Of a stretch of DNA of 64,000 nucleotides, positions 30,918-42,034 are shown one piece after another (within the stretch, counting starts at the first letter, position 1; each line of letters begins with the position of its first letter). The DNA lies in NCBI GenBank assembly GCA_039920585.1, contig JBDSDL010000084.1:184-64183 (forward strand), read 5' to 3'. The position numbers and the translations under genes are program-made. Under the pieces are notes generated by a model, which saw nothing but the letters and a program-made list of their open reading frames with translations, was not told the DNA's origin and did not search any database. The DNA comes from Nitrospiraceae bacterium. Lineage in GTDB: Bacteria; Nitrospirota; Nitrospiria; Nitrospirales; Nitrospiraceae.

Positions 30918-32128
30918 AGCAATTGAGGATCGAATTGTGCCGAGCGATCGTGGCGGGAGCATGTGTTTTTGTTCTGTATTCGGGGGTCGAGGCGGCGCAG
31001 TCGATCAGAGTTCTGCTATCGGCCGATGTGCTAGGGCTTGATATGCGTGCAGACAGTCCGTTGTGGGTGACGGATGCAAAAGGCCATAGTCAGACTCTGC
31101 GTGGGCTGGTCCAGGTTGCAGCAGCAGAAACGGGGTTTTTGTTGAACGGTGTCCGCATGCAGACGAATCAGTTGACGCTGCAGGGTGGAGAGCAAGGCCT
31201 CACACTGACCTTTCCACGGCTTTCTCGGAAACCAAACGGGGCGGCAGTGTCATCGGGTGACTCCGGCACAGAGATCTCGGTGAGCGGTGTTGTCTATCTA
31301 GTGAGAAGAGGGAAGGGGTTTCTAGTCATTAATCGTGTGGATGTTGAAGAATACGTCAAAGGGGTGGTTCCCGCCGAGGTCAGTTCAACCTGGCATCCGG
31401 AGATGTTGAAAGCACAGGCGGTCGCAGCCAGGACCTATGCACTCTATCAGCAGATGCTGAGCGCTGCGCGAGAGTACGACGTCGTGGCTACGGTGCAAGA
31501 CCAGGTCTACCGCGGGAAGCAGGGGGTTGATGCCGGAATTCTACGTGCGGTCGAAGAAACGCGTGGGCTGGTCGTGACCTACCAGGATGCGCCGATCTAC
31601 GCAGCGTTCTCATCGACGGCCGCCGGACTGACGGAAGATGCCATGAATGTGTGGTCGAAAGAGTATCCTTATCTCAAGGGCGTGGAGTGCCCCTTTGACA
31701 TTATGTCGCCCTACTATCAATGGAGGTCCTCCTTCAAACTCGATACCCTCGAGCAGAGTTTGCGGCTGCAAGGGTTTTCCGTTGGTACCATCGCAACGAT
31801 GACGCCTTTGTCGTTCAGCCGTGGGGGGCGAGTCGCGAAGCTGCGTATTCTCCACTCTGGTGGAGAATTGGTTCTTCGCGGAGAGGAGTTACGGAAAGCC
31901 GTCGGCTACACCATCATTCCCAGCACGCAGTTTGCCATCGAATCGATCGGCCGCGACGTGGTGCTTTCCGGCTTCGGCGCGGGGCATGCCGTCGGCATGT
32001 GCCAATGGGGTGCGAAGGAACTGGCTGAATTGGGCTATCCATTCTCCACGATTCTTCAGTATTATTATCCAGGGACAGAAATACAGAATATGACGCTGAC
32101 TAAAGCTCCGATCCCGCCGTCTTCCTGA
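30899..32128 (+). CDS. SpoIID/LytB domain protein
   Basis: EEYVKGVVPAEV..WHPEMLKAQAVAARTYAL motif region typical of the SpoIID domain. N-terminal hydrophobic segment. Confidence 0.8.
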   Translation: MDISPVKQLRIELCRAIVAGACVFVLYSGVEAAQSIRVLLSADVLGLDMRADSPLWVTDAKGHSQTLRGLVQVAAAETGFLLNGVRMQTNQLTLQGGEQGLTLTFPRLSRKPNGAAVSSGDSGTEISVSGVVYLVRRGKGFLVINRVDVEEYVKGVVPAEVSSTWHPEMLKAQAVAARTYALYQQMLSAAREYDVVATVQDQVYRGKQGVDAGILRAVEETRGLVVTYQDAPIYAAFSSTAAGLTEDAMNVWSKEYPYLKGVECPFDIMSPYYQWRSSFKLDTLEQSLRLQGFSVGTIATMTPLSFSRGGRVAKLRILHSGGELVLRGEELRKAVGYTIIPSTQFAIESIGRDVVLSGFGAGHAVGMCQWGAKELAELGYPFSTILQYYYPGTEIQNMTLTKAPIPPSS

Positions 32129-33147
32129 TGCAGCTCTCAGAATTCGACTTCCCGTTCGACCCCTCGCTGATTGCCACTCACCCAACCCTCCCGCGCGATC
32201 ACGCTAGGCTGCTCGTTCTGCAGCGTGTCGACCGCTCGCTCGCTCATCGCCGCGTCGACGAGTTACCCGATCTTCTTCAGCCAGGCGATCTCTTTGTGGT
32301 CAACGACACAAAGGTATTGGCCGCGCGCGTAGCTGGATTAAGGCGTCCTTCCGGCGCGGAAGTCGAGATCCTCTTTGTGAAGGATCTCGGCGATGCGATA
32401 TGGGAAGTGTTGATCAAGGGAACGTTTCGTCCTGGACAACTTATTGAGATGCGTCCAGAGGCTGTTGCTGTGGTGGTTGAGCGTGGCGCGACCAGAACGA
32501 CGGTTCGGGTCGAGAGTCCGATTCCGTTGTCTGAATGGTTGCGGCAACATGGTCGAATGCCGCTCCCCCCCTACATGAAACGGGCACCTACTGACCAGGA
32601 TCGCGAATGGTACCAGACCCTGTTCGCGCAGCATGAGGGCGCAATTGCGGCACCGACCGCCGGGCTCCATTTCACACCGAAGCTGCTGGCACGGCTGCAA
32701 CAGCGAGGGATAGGTCTTACGACTGTCACGCTCCATGTTGGCGTTGGAACCTTCAAACCGGTGACGGTCGATCGGATCGAAGACCATCGGATGGGCGCAG
32801 AATGGATTGAGGTCGGAGCAGAGGCGGTGCGTGCCATCAAGCAGGTGCGAGCAACAGGGAAACGAATTGTCGCTGTCGGGACCACCGTCGTGCGCGCACT
32901 CGAAACTGCAGCTTGCGCGGACGGCCAGATTCGGCCCTATCGTGGAGAGACAGATATGTTTATGACACCAGGGTTTCCGTTCAAGGTAGTCAATGCCCTC
33001 CTCACGAATTTTCACTTGCCACGTACCACGTTGTTGATGCTGGTCTCCGCATTGGCCGGGACAGAATGTCTTCGACAGGCCTATGCAGAAGCGGTTCGCG
33101 AACGGTACCGTTTCTATAGTTATGGCGATGCGATGTTGATTCTTTAG
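32128..33147 (+). CDS. queA: S-adenosylmethionine:tRNA ribosyltransferase-isomerase
   Basis: 339 aa, MQLSEFDFPFDPSLIA..., GAIAAPTAGLHFT, and a C-terminal YRFYSYGDAMLIL. Confidence 0.95.
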   Translation: MQLSEFDFPFDPSLIATHPTLPRDHARLLVLQRVDRSLAHRRVDELPDLLQPGDLFVVNDTKVLAARVAGLRRPSGAEVEILFVKDLGDAIWEVLIKGTFRPGQLIEMRPEAVAVVVERGATRTTVRVESPIPLSEWLRQHGRMPLPPYMKRAPTDQDREWYQTLFAQHEGAIAAPTAGLHFTPKLLARLQQRGIGLTTVTLHVGVGTFKPVTVDRIEDHRMGAEWIEVGAEAVRAIKQVRATGKRIVAVGTTVVRALETAACADGQIRPYRGETDMFMTPGFPFKVVNALLTNFHLPRTTLLMLVSALAGTECLRQAYAEAVRERYRFYSYGDAMLIL

Positions 33148-33273
33148 CATGATGCTCAAAAAGGCCGCCAGCTGCGTTCTCGCATCGTTCAGATCCTCAA
33201 CGTACCCCAGAGGGTACGCCTCCGGGTCTTCACTCGCTGCGGCCTTGCTGGACGGCCTTTTTGAGCATCCTGC
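33147..33273 (+). repeat. Long-stem palindromic intergenic repeat, copy B (short variant, reference copy)
   Basis: Arms GATGCTCAAAAAGGCCGCCAGC and GCTGGACGGCCTTTTTGAGCATC (22 bp, one bulge). Apical hairpin CGTACCC-CAGA-GGGTACG. The first base is the G of the queA TAG stop. Confidence 0.9.
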
Positions 33274-33372
33274 AGCTATTTTTTTCGGGAAATTCTGTCA
33301 GATCCCAACGATGTATTGTGCATAAACTGAGGTTTTCCGCAGACTGCTGACAGAGTCTGAAAGTCATTTGTC

Positions 33373-33425
33373 CTTCAAGTCCGAAAGCTCGGACTGAAGA
33401 TCGCCTGAGACTTTCGGACTTGAAG
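33373..33425. terminator. Perfect 15-bp inverted repeat between convergent queA and the PpiD-like gene (bidirectional terminator candidate)
   Basis: CTTCAAGTCCGAAAG (33373-33387) and CTTTCGGACTTGAAG (33411-33425) with a 23-nt loop. Confidence 0.45.
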
Positions 33426-33449
33426 ACTTGATGACTTCTAGTAGAGGTA

Positions 33450-34148
33450 CTAGAGCAACTCTCGGTTGATCTTGATGGGGATGGCTGTTTTGAGCGACTC
33501 AGTGTAGGCCATCAGTGCGCGTTGTTGTTTTTGGAAGAGGACGTCCTGCACGGCTCGGTCCTTCCCTGCTGCGGCCTTTGCCGGGTCTGATTCCGTTTGC
33601 CGTAGCGTAAGAGCTTGCGCCTCGGCAAGCTCGGCAGGGGTGAGGGCCACGGCGTCGCGGATGATCATCTTGGCTTTATTGCTCAGTACTTCTTTCGCTT
33701 CCATTGCTTCGAATATCGCGGGTGTCAGATGATTCGCTGCCAGGAGTCGTTGGTAGACCTCCGGATCGAACGTGCCGTTTTTTTGAAAGTCCGGGATCCG
33801 CATGATGACTTCACGCAGATCGGCGTCAGCCACGGTGAGACCCATGTTTTTTGCCGCAATAAGCCAGGTCCTATTGTCAATGAGTTGATCCACTACTAAT
33901 TGCTTGATCGTTTCGTCTTTGAATTCTCCGGGGACTTTGTCCTTATAGAATCGATAAGTGTTCTCATAGGCGCGTCGGAACTCATCGCGGGACACGGTGA
34001 GATCTCCGACTGAGGCGACGACGGTGCCGGTTTGTTCGTCGAAACCCCACCAGCCCATGGTGATGACGAAGGCGAGGGCGATGATCCCCATGATGGACTT
34101 GAGAAGCCACGGATAGCTATGCGACGCTTCACGCATCAATTTGAGCAT
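33450..34148 (-). CDS. PpiD/SurA-N-like periplasmic chaperone domain protein, no parvulin domain visible
   Basis: 232 aa, N-terminal TM anchor, then VASVGDLTVSRDEFRRAYENTYRFYKDK..., which resembles PpiD N-terminal regions. Confidence 0.6.
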   Translation of the reverse strand: MLKLMREASHSYPWLLKSIMGIIALAFVITMGWWGFDEQTGTVVASVGDLTVSRDEFRRAYENTYRFYKDKVPGEFKDETIKQLVVDQLIDNRTWLIAAKNMGLTVADADLREVIMRIPDFQKNGTFDPEVYQRLLAANHLTPAIFEAMEAKEVLSNKAKMIIRDAVALTPAELAEAQALTLRQTESDPAKAAAGKDRAVQDVLFQKQQRALMAYTESLKTAIPIKINRELL

Positions 34149-34339
34149 GACAACCTTTCGAAAAGTTCGTGTGGACGAATTCTACTCAGGGATCTGTCCA
34201 AAGGCAAGAGACGAACTTTTCTCCAAGCTACGGTATCGTGATCGAGTAGAGTTGTCAGTTCGTGAAGACGAGAAATATCACTCATAAGGCCTGATCTGTC
34301 GAAGAATGGTCTTTGTTTGTGCTAGGTAATCCGATTTGT

Positions 34340-34345
34340 TATACT
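34340..34345 (+). promoter_or_regulatory. Extended -10 candidate (TGTTATACT) upstream of the RDD-mreB genes
   Basis: TG at 34337-34338 followed by TATACT at 34340-34345. No convincing -35. Confidence 0.3.
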
Positions 34346-34370
34346 TTGCCACTAATTGTAAGGAGATCCC

Positions 34371-34829
34371 TTGGCGGAGGAGGTCAGCGGGGTTCATTCA
34401 ATCGGTGCCGGGATTTATCCCAAGGCGCAGGTTCTGAACCGTGGTATCGCTAAGTTGATCGATCTGCTCATCGTCGCGGCAGCTGCTCAAATGTTCATGC
34501 CGGTAGGTTTTCTTGGTGGATTGGCGTATATACTGATCGCTGATGGATTCGCCGGTGGGCGCAGCATCGGTAAACGGTTGATCGGCCTTCAGACGGTGCA
34601 TCCAGATCGGCGCGAGGCAGCAGGGTTTCGGGAATCCATTATCCGTAATCTGCCCCTTGCAGTAGCTCAGGCAGCCTTCGCCGTCCCGTATGTGGGATGG
34701 CTTGTGTCGGTAGCAATCATTGCGTTTGAAGCGGTATTGATTATCGGGAACGAACAGGGGCGGCGTCTTGGTGATGAAGTGGCCGGTACCCAAGTGTTGG
34801 ATGTCGGGCGCCTGGCGTTGCCTGACTGA
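34371..34829 (+). CDS. RDD family membrane protein
   Basis: 152 aa, TTG start. R..AKLIDLLIV then TM segments and GGRSIGKRLIGL, as I recall for RDD proteins. Confidence 0.55.
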   Translation: MAEEVSGVHSIGAGIYPKAQVLNRGIAKLIDLLIVAAAAQMFMPVGFLGGLAYILIADGFAGGRSIGKRLIGLQTVHPDRREAAGFRESIIRNLPLAVAQAAFAVPYVGWLVSVAIIAFEAVLIIGNEQGRRLGDEVAGTQVLDVGRLALPD

Positions 34830-35918
<1,089 letters not shown>

Positions 35919-35940
35919 GGTTCCATCCCGAACTCCCTTT

Positions 35941-36828
35941 ATGTGGATGGCTCACTCTAGTTCTCCCTACGGTGCCAGACGTATTGCGCTTGCCTGCTTT
36001 GCCCTCCTATTGGTGGCTCTTTTTCTGTTTCCCAGTCAAATTCAAGGACTCTTGCAGTATCTGGGTGGGCCGGTCGGATACGCGGTGCGTATTCCTCTTG
36101 AAACCATTGCGTCCATCGATGCCGGCATTGCCGATCGCTGGGAGCGGTACGTGGTGTTGCAAGGGGTACAGGAAGAGAACCAACAATTGCGCAAAGAAAT
36201 TGAGTGGCTGCGCGGGCAACATAGCCAGTTGCGCGAATCGGCTGCCGCAACAGAACGATTGACGGCCTTGCTGCACTTTAAGGAGCAGGCGCTTCCTACG
36301 ATGATAGCCGCTCAAGTCATCGGGCGCGATGCCACAAATCGGTATCGTGCCATTATTCTCAATAAGGGCGAGAGCGATGGGATCAAGCCGGACATGGGAG
36401 TAGTCACGCCTGCCGGTGTCGTCGGGCGTGTCGTGAAAACGACAGGGGCGTCCTCGGTGGTGCTCTTGGTGACTGATCCGAACAACGCCATCGCGGGTCT
36501 CATTCAGCGGACGAGAGATGAAGGGATTGTGCAGGGGACTCAACAAGGGTTGGCCCAGCTGAAGTATATTCCGTTGTTGTCGACGCTTCGAGACGGTGAT
36601 CGGGTCGTGACCTCTGGCCTTATCGGAGATTTCCCCCGAGGGCTCGTGATCGGTACGATTACGAGCATCGATAAACAGGAGGGCGCCCTCTTCCAGTCTG
36701 CTGAACTCATACCGGAGGTCGATGTCGGTCGTGTAGAGGAAGTGTTGGTAATTCAGACGTCCTATGGACAGTCTACGAAGGCTGGGGTTGGGGCGGGAGC
36801 GGATCCGATCGAGAAGTCAGCACCATGA
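35941..36828 (+). CDS. mreC: Rod shape-determining protein MreC
   Basis: 295 aa, N-terminal TM, coiled coil (ENQQLRKEIEWLR), then beta-rich domains. Position follows mreB. Confidence 0.9.
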   Translation: MWMAHSSSPYGARRIALACFALLLVALFLFPSQIQGLLQYLGGPVGYAVRIPLETIASIDAGIADRWERYVVLQGVQEENQQLRKEIEWLRGQHSQLRESAAATERLTALLHFKEQALPTMIAAQVIGRDATNRYRAIILNKGESDGIKPDMGVVTPAGVVGRVVKTTGASSVVLLVTDPNNAIAGLIQRTRDEGIVQGTQQGLAQLKYIPLLSTLRDGDRVVTSGLIGDFPRGLVIGTITSIDKQEGALFQSAELIPEVDVGRVEEVLVIQTSYGQSTKAGVGAGADPIEKSAP

Positions 36829-37316
36829 AATTCCTCTTCTATATAATTCTCATGCTGCTGCTCGTCCCCTTGCAGACGACGCTGTTGCCACATCTGAGCG
36901 TATGGAATATCAAACCTGATTTAGGGCTTGTGGCCGCCGCACTCGTCGGGCTTTTTGCTGCTGAACTGGAAGGCCTTCTTGTAGGACTCGCGATCGGATG
37001 GGTCCTGAGTCTGTTCTCAGCCGGCGAACTTTGGCTGAGTCTTCTCACGAACGGTGGCGTTGGCCTCTTGGCAGGATTTCTGGTGCGGCAAGTGTCGCAG
37101 GTGACCGCGATTTCACTGGGTGCAGGGTTGCTGCTGGTATCGTTGGTGAGCGGGCTGCTTGCCGCAATGAGTTTCAAGGATTTCGATATGTCTCAGATGT
37201 GGTGGATGGTCCAGTCCATTGTCTTTCCGCAAGCATGTTTCGACGGGGTGATGGGGGCGGGGCTCTATTGGCTCCTCTCCCGACGATTTGATCTCAACCG
37301 CCTGAGGACTGAATAG
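36825..37316 (+). CDS. mreD: Rod shape-determining protein MreD
   Basis: 163 aa polytopic membrane protein. ATGA overlap with mreC. Called from conserved mreBCD order. Confidence 0.8.
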   Translation: MKFLFYIILMLLLVPLQTTLLPHLSVWNIKPDLGLVAAALVGLFAAELEGLLVGLAIGWVLSLFSAGELWLSLLTNGGVGLLAGFLVRQVSQVTAISLGAGLLLVSLVSGLLAAMSFKDFDMSQMWWMVQSIVFPQACFDGVMGAGLYWLLSRRFDLNRLRTE

Positions 37317-37356
37317 CAGGTCTGTAATGGGCGTGGTGGAACGTTGATTGTGACAC

Positions 37357-39231
37357 ATGGCAACAGCTGGTTTGCACGATTCTGAACTTGGGGAACTCCA
37401 ACGCCGGCTGATCATCCTCCGCGTCGGCTTGTTGCTCGTCGTGGCGTTACTGGGGCTGCAGCTCTGGAACTTACAGATTCGTGAGGGCCCCTACTACCGG
37501 GATCTCTCGGAGAACAATCGAACGCGTTCTGTCATCATGGAGCCGGCTCGGGGGCTCATCTACGATCGCAACGGGGTGTTGTTGGCGAACAATGTTCCCA
37601 GCTTCACACTCTATGTTTCGCTCGAAGACGTCAAAGACCGCGACCTGCTCATCGAACAACTCAGCAATCTCCTGGGGCTAGACGAGGCGCTCGTGAGGAA
37701 GAAGCTCACGGCTCGCGGTAGTAAGCAACTGCCGCGCAAGGTGAAGGATCGCTTAACCCTTCGAGAAGCGACGTTGATCGAGTCTCACCGGCTGGACTTG
37801 CCCGGGGTGATGGTGCAGGTCGAATCGCAACGGAACTATCCGAGCGGAATGACAGCCTCGCATATATTGGGTTATGTCGGGGAGGTGTCGCCTGAGCAAT
37901 TGGAGAAGCCTGAATTTGCCGACCTGCACCAGGGCAGCATTGTCGGGCAATATGGTGTGGAGAAGTTTTTCGACCGTCTCATGCGTGGTCAGGCCGGAGA
38001 GAAAAGCATAGAAGTCGATGCGGTGGGGCATGAAAAGCGAACCGTGGTTGTGGAACAGCCCCATGCAGGGGATAATTTGTATCTTACGATCGATGCCCGG
38101 CTACAAAAAGTAGCCGAAAATCTGTTGGGGGAGGAAACCGGCGCAATTGTCGCGCTTGATCCGAGGACAGGCGACGTGCTGGCTATGGCCAGCCGCCCTG
38201 GCTTCGATCCGAACATTCTCTCGCGCGAACTGACACCGAAACAATGGGCCGAGATCGTGCAAGACGAGGGGCGCCCCTTGAACAATCGAGCCTCGCAAGG
38301 GCAATACCCGCCTGGTTCGGTTTTCAAAGTGATGATGGCTGCCGCAGCGTTGGAAACGAAGACCGTAACACCGTCGACTTCTATCTACTGCAATGGAGGG
38401 TATCAGTTCGGTCGCCGCGTGTATCATGACTGGAAAGCCGGTGGGCATGGTTCGGTGGATCTTCGGCACGCGCTCGTACACTCGTGCGATGTCTATTTCT
38501 ATACCGTTGGTCAGCGGATGGGGATCGAGACGATGGCTTCCTTTGCCCATCAGTTTGGATTGGGAGAGGAGACGGGGATTGAGTTGCCATCTGAACGGGT
38601 TGGGATCGTGCCTTCCGAAGCCTGGAAAAAAAAGGTGAAGAATGAGGCTTGGTTGCCGGGTGAAACGATTTCTGCAGCAATTGGACAGGGCTATGTGAAT
38701 GTGACTCCGTTGCAGATGGCAACCTTGATCGGCACCGTCGCAAACGATGGGGTGATGTTTCGTCCGCGATTGGTTCAGGCTGTGATGGATCGAGCGACAG
38801 GAGAACTGCAGCAGCGGTCTGTGGTTCCCAAGCGTACCTTGAATCTGAGACCTGGGATCTTACCGGTGATAAAAGAAGCGCTGGCGGGGGTGGTCAAGGA
38901 AGGAACGGCTACGAAAGCGCAGTCGGCACTGGTGACGATCGCCGGGAAAACCGGCACGGCCCAGATGACGGCATTGCGCACCGGCCCGGAGAAAGATATT
39001 CCGAAGAAGTTCCGCGATCATGCCTGGTTTGTCGCATTCGCTCCTGTTGAGGCGCCCACCATTGCCGTTGCGGTGATCGGTGAGCATATGGGTCACGGGG
39101 GGTCTGCCTCCGCGCCTCTCGCCAAAGAGCTGATCGAGACCTATGTGAAATTGAACCTCTCCGCTCCTTCCAGTGTGAAGGACGGTGCTGTCGCGCGGAT
39201 AGGGGACGCTGGAGAACAGGGAGCAAGATGA
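37357..39231 (+). CDS. mrdA: Penicillin-binding protein 2 (elongasome transpeptidase)
   Basis: 624 aa with SxxK (PGSVFKV), SxN (HSCDVYFY region) and KTG (GKTGTAQ) motifs. Confidence 0.94.
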   Translation: MATAGLHDSELGELQRRLIILRVGLLLVVALLGLQLWNLQIREGPYYRDLSENNRTRSVIMEPARGLIYDRNGVLLANNVPSFTLYVSLEDVKDRDLLIEQLSNLLGLDEALVRKKLTARGSKQLPRKVKDRLTLREATLIESHRLDLPGVMVQVESQRNYPSGMTASHILGYVGEVSPEQLEKPEFADLHQGSIVGQYGVEKFFDRLMRGQAGEKSIEVDAVGHEKRTVVVEQPHAGDNLYLTIDARLQKVAENLLGEETGAIVALDPRTGDVLAMASRPGFDPNILSRELTPKQWAEIVQDEGRPLNNRASQGQYPPGSVFKVMMAAAALETKTVTPSTSIYCNGGYQFGRRVYHDWKAGGHGSVDLRHALVHSCDVYFYTVGQRMGIETMASFAHQFGLGEETGIELPSERVGIVPSEAWKKKVKNEAWLPGETISAAIGQGYVNVTPLQMATLIGTVANDGVMFRPRLVQAVMDRATGELQQRSVVPKRTLNLRPGILPVIKEALAGVVKEGTATKAQSALVTIAGKTGTAQMTALRTGPEKDIPKKFRDHAWFVAFAPVEAPTIAVAVIGEHMGHGGSASAPLAKELIETYVKLNLSAPSSVKDGAVARIGDAGEQGAR

Positions 39232-40343
39232 TCGACCGGGTGTTCATGAGCCGGGGCTTCGACAATTTCGATTTCCGTTTTATCGGACTGATCTTTTCCA
39301 TCTTGGGAATTGGCGTCTTGTCGATTTATAGCGTGACGCATGACCAAGTGGTTGCCTACCCGTTTTATGCCAAACAGATCGTGTGGATTTTGCTAGGTAC
39401 GGTCGCGTTTCTCGTTATGTGGCTCTCGGACTATCATCGTATCGCACGGTTAGCGTATCCTGCCTATGTAATTATCTTAATCTTACTCGCCGTTGTGCTC
39501 TTTGAGGGCAAGAGCAGTCGAGGGGCGCAACGATGGATTCCGATGGGGCCATTTGCATTTCAGCCATCGGAATTCGCAAAGCTGATTCTCATTTTGACCT
39601 TGGCGCACTACTATTCGCAAGCGCCGCGGATAGGCTGGCTCCAGCGAGTGGTGCTCCCGGGGCTGTTGGTGCTGCCGGGGTTGCTCCTGATCTTGAAACA
39701 GCCGGATCTCGGGAGTGGGTTGAGCTTCTTGGCAGTCTATGCGGCGATGTTGCTGATGGTGGGCATGCGGTCGAAGGCAATAGGTGTCATCCTCCTGTTT
39801 TCGTTGATGCTATTTCCCTTCGCCTGGGAGATGATGTGGGGGTCATTGCATGATTATCAGCGGCAGCGCATTATGACGTTTGTCGATCCAGTCTACGATA
39901 CGGGAGGCAAGGGATATCATGCGCTCCAATCTCGGATTGCCATTGGAGCGGGGGAGTTGACGGGGAAGGGGCTCTACGGAGGGACGCAAAGCCAGTTGAA
40001 GTTTTTGCCTGAGGGGCATACTGACTTTGTCTTTTCGGTGTTTGCAGAGGAATGGGGATTTCTCGGAGTGCTGGTTCTCTTGCTGTTGTTTGTCGGGTTG
40101 ATCTGGCTGTCGTTAGAAATTGTGGCGCGCGCGAAGGATCAGCTCGGAGCGCTGCTGGCAGTCGGCATCCTCTGCATGTTGTCTTTTTGCGTTGTGATCA
40201 ATATCGGCATGACGGCGGGTATGTTCCCCATCGTGGGGATTCCCCTCCCGCTCATGAGTTACGGCGGGAGTGCGACGATTATGACGATGGCGTCGTTGGG
40301 TCTGCTGTTGAACGTCAAACGCCGTCGATTAAGTTTTTTTTAG
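39228..40343 (+). CDS. rodA: SEDS glycosyltransferase RodA
   Basis: 371 aa polytopic. QPSEFAKL and PLPLMSYGGSA SEDS motifs. ATGA overlap with mrdA. Confidence 0.94.
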   Translation: MIDRVFMSRGFDNFDFRFIGLIFSILGIGVLSIYSVTHDQVVAYPFYAKQIVWILLGTVAFLVMWLSDYHRIARLAYPAYVIILILLAVVLFEGKSSRGAQRWIPMGPFAFQPSEFAKLILILTLAHYYSQAPRIGWLQRVVLPGLLVLPGLLLILKQPDLGSGLSFLAVYAAMLLMVGMRSKAIGVILLFSLMLFPFAWEMMWGSLHDYQRQRIMTFVDPVYDTGGKGYHALQSRIAIGAGELTGKGLYGGTQSQLKFLPEGHTDFVFSVFAEEWGFLGVLVLLLLFVGLIWLSLEIVARAKDQLGALLAVGILCMLSFCVVINIGMTAGMFPIVGIPLPLMSYGGSATIMTMASLGLLLNVKRRRLSFF

Positions 40344-40498
40344 CGAGTAGGGGCATCGCACGGTCTCGAATGAATCGGGATTGAGGCAAGAGGTTAAAAT
40401 TAGGGTGCGAACCGTCTGATCGACGAGTTGTCGAGTGGAGGCCGAAACCTGAGGATTTCCCGCGTTCGTCCTGCACATCGGCATGATGGTTCTACTGA

Positions 40499-42034
40499 AT
40501 GGAAGGAGTGGGTATGGGAGTAGAAATTGCGATTACAGTCGCACGCGAGGAAACTCGTGTCGCAGTGTTGGACGGCGGAGTCGTCACGGATCTCTTTGGG
40601 GATCGTGCGAAGCACAAGGACTTTGTCGGGAACATTTATAAAGGAAAAGTAGCGAAAGTATTGCCTGGCATGCAGGCGGCATTTGTGGATATCGGCCTCG
40701 CGAAGGCAGCCTTCATGCATGTGTCTGATTTGTCGTTGGATTCCGAGCCAGGCGACACGCTTGTGGATGCGGTTGAGGACGACAAGGAAGCCGACAAGGA
40801 TGGGGATATGCTGAGCCCTCGGCGCCAAAGCTCCAAGCCGATCGAGCAGTTGCTGAGTGAGGGGCAGGAGCTGATGGTGCAGATTTCCAAAGGGCCTATC
40901 GGCACGAAAGGCTCGCGGGTCACGACCTATGTGTCGCTCCCTGGCCGGTATCTCGTGTTCATGCCCAATGTGGAACATATCGGTGTGTCCCGCCGCATTG
41001 CCCGAGACGAGGAACGGGCTCGACTCAAGGACATTATGAAGCGGGTGCGGCAACCAGGCTGCGGGTACATCGTCCGCACGGTGAGCGAAGGGGTCAAAGA
41101 AGACGAGCTGCGATCCGACGTCGATTTTTTACATGTGCTCTGGCAAGACATTTTGGCGAAGCGAGAACAGAAGGGGGCGCCGGCATTGCTCCACGCCGAT
41201 CTGAGCCTGAGCTTTCGTGTTGTGCGCGATCTTTTCGGAAAGAAAGTCGATCGGTTATGGATCGACTCGCGTGAGGAGTACCAGGCGGTCCGAGATTTCG
41301 TGCAGCGATTTTCTCCGGAGCAAACGTCACGCATTCATTTGTACGATAAAGATGAAAGTCTCTTCGATCATCTGGGGGTCGAGCAGGAGATGGCGCGGGC
41401 TCTCAGTCGCAAAGTCTGGCTCAAGTCCGGTGGGCATCTCGTCATCGATCATACGGAAGCGATGACCGTCATCGACGTCAACACCGGACGGTTCGTGGGA
41501 AAGCGCGATCAGGAGGAGACCATTCTCAGGAACAATCTGGAGGCGGCAAAAGAAGTGGCGTATCAGATGAAGCTGCGCGGGATCGGCGGCATCATCATCG
41601 TTGACTTTATCGACATGGAGAGAGAGAAGAATCGTGACAAGGTGTATCACGCGTTACTCGACGCGATGTCAACCGACAAGGCCCGCACCAGAGTGTCCAG
41701 AATCTCTGACTTAGGGCTGATCGAGATCTCTCGTGAGCGGGTAAGGGAGGATCTCCTCCGTTCACTGTCCGAGCCCTGTCACTATTGCGAAGGGCGGGGC
41801 TATACGAAATCTCCAACCACAGTAGTCTATGAGATATTCCGCGATGTCCGCCGGATCGGCAGCAGTCCTGAGATGCAGCGAATCGTCATCGGCGCTCACC
41901 CCTCGGTTGTCGGACTGCTCCAAGATGAGGAGCGCCAAGGTCTGGAGGCCGTGGAGCGCGAGTGTGCCGCGAAAATCATTGTCATGCCGGATGAGCAGTT
42001 GCATCTGGAGCAGTACGACCTCGCGGTTCTCTAG
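40499..42034 (+). CDS. rng: Ribonuclease G (RNase E/G family)
   Basis: S1 domain GNIYKGKVAKVLPGMQAAFVDIG, VIDVNTGRFVG, and Zn-link CHYCEGRG. ATG 40514 is the alternative start. Confidence 0.93.
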   Translation: MEGVGMGVEIAITVAREETRVAVLDGGVVTDLFGDRAKHKDFVGNIYKGKVAKVLPGMQAAFVDIGLAKAAFMHVSDLSLDSEPGDTLVDAVEDDKEADKDGDMLSPRRQSSKPIEQLLSEGQELMVQISKGPIGTKGSRVTTYVSLPGRYLVFMPNVEHIGVSRRIARDEERARLKDIMKRVRQPGCGYIVRTVSEGVKEDELRSDVDFLHVLWQDILAKREQKGAPALLHADLSLSFRVVRDLFGKKVDRLWIDSREEYQAVRDFVQRFSPEQTSRIHLYDKDESLFDHLGVEQEMARALSRKVWLKSGGHLVIDHTEAMTVIDVNTGRFVGKRDQEETILRNNLEAAKEVAYQMKLRGIGGIIIVDFIDMEREKNRDKVYHALLDAMSTDKARTRVSRISDLGLIEISRERVREDLLRSLSEPCHYCEGRGYTKSPTTVVYEIFRDVRRIGSSPEMQRIVIGAHPSVVGLLQDEERQGLEAVERECAAKIIVMPDEQLHLEQYDLAVL

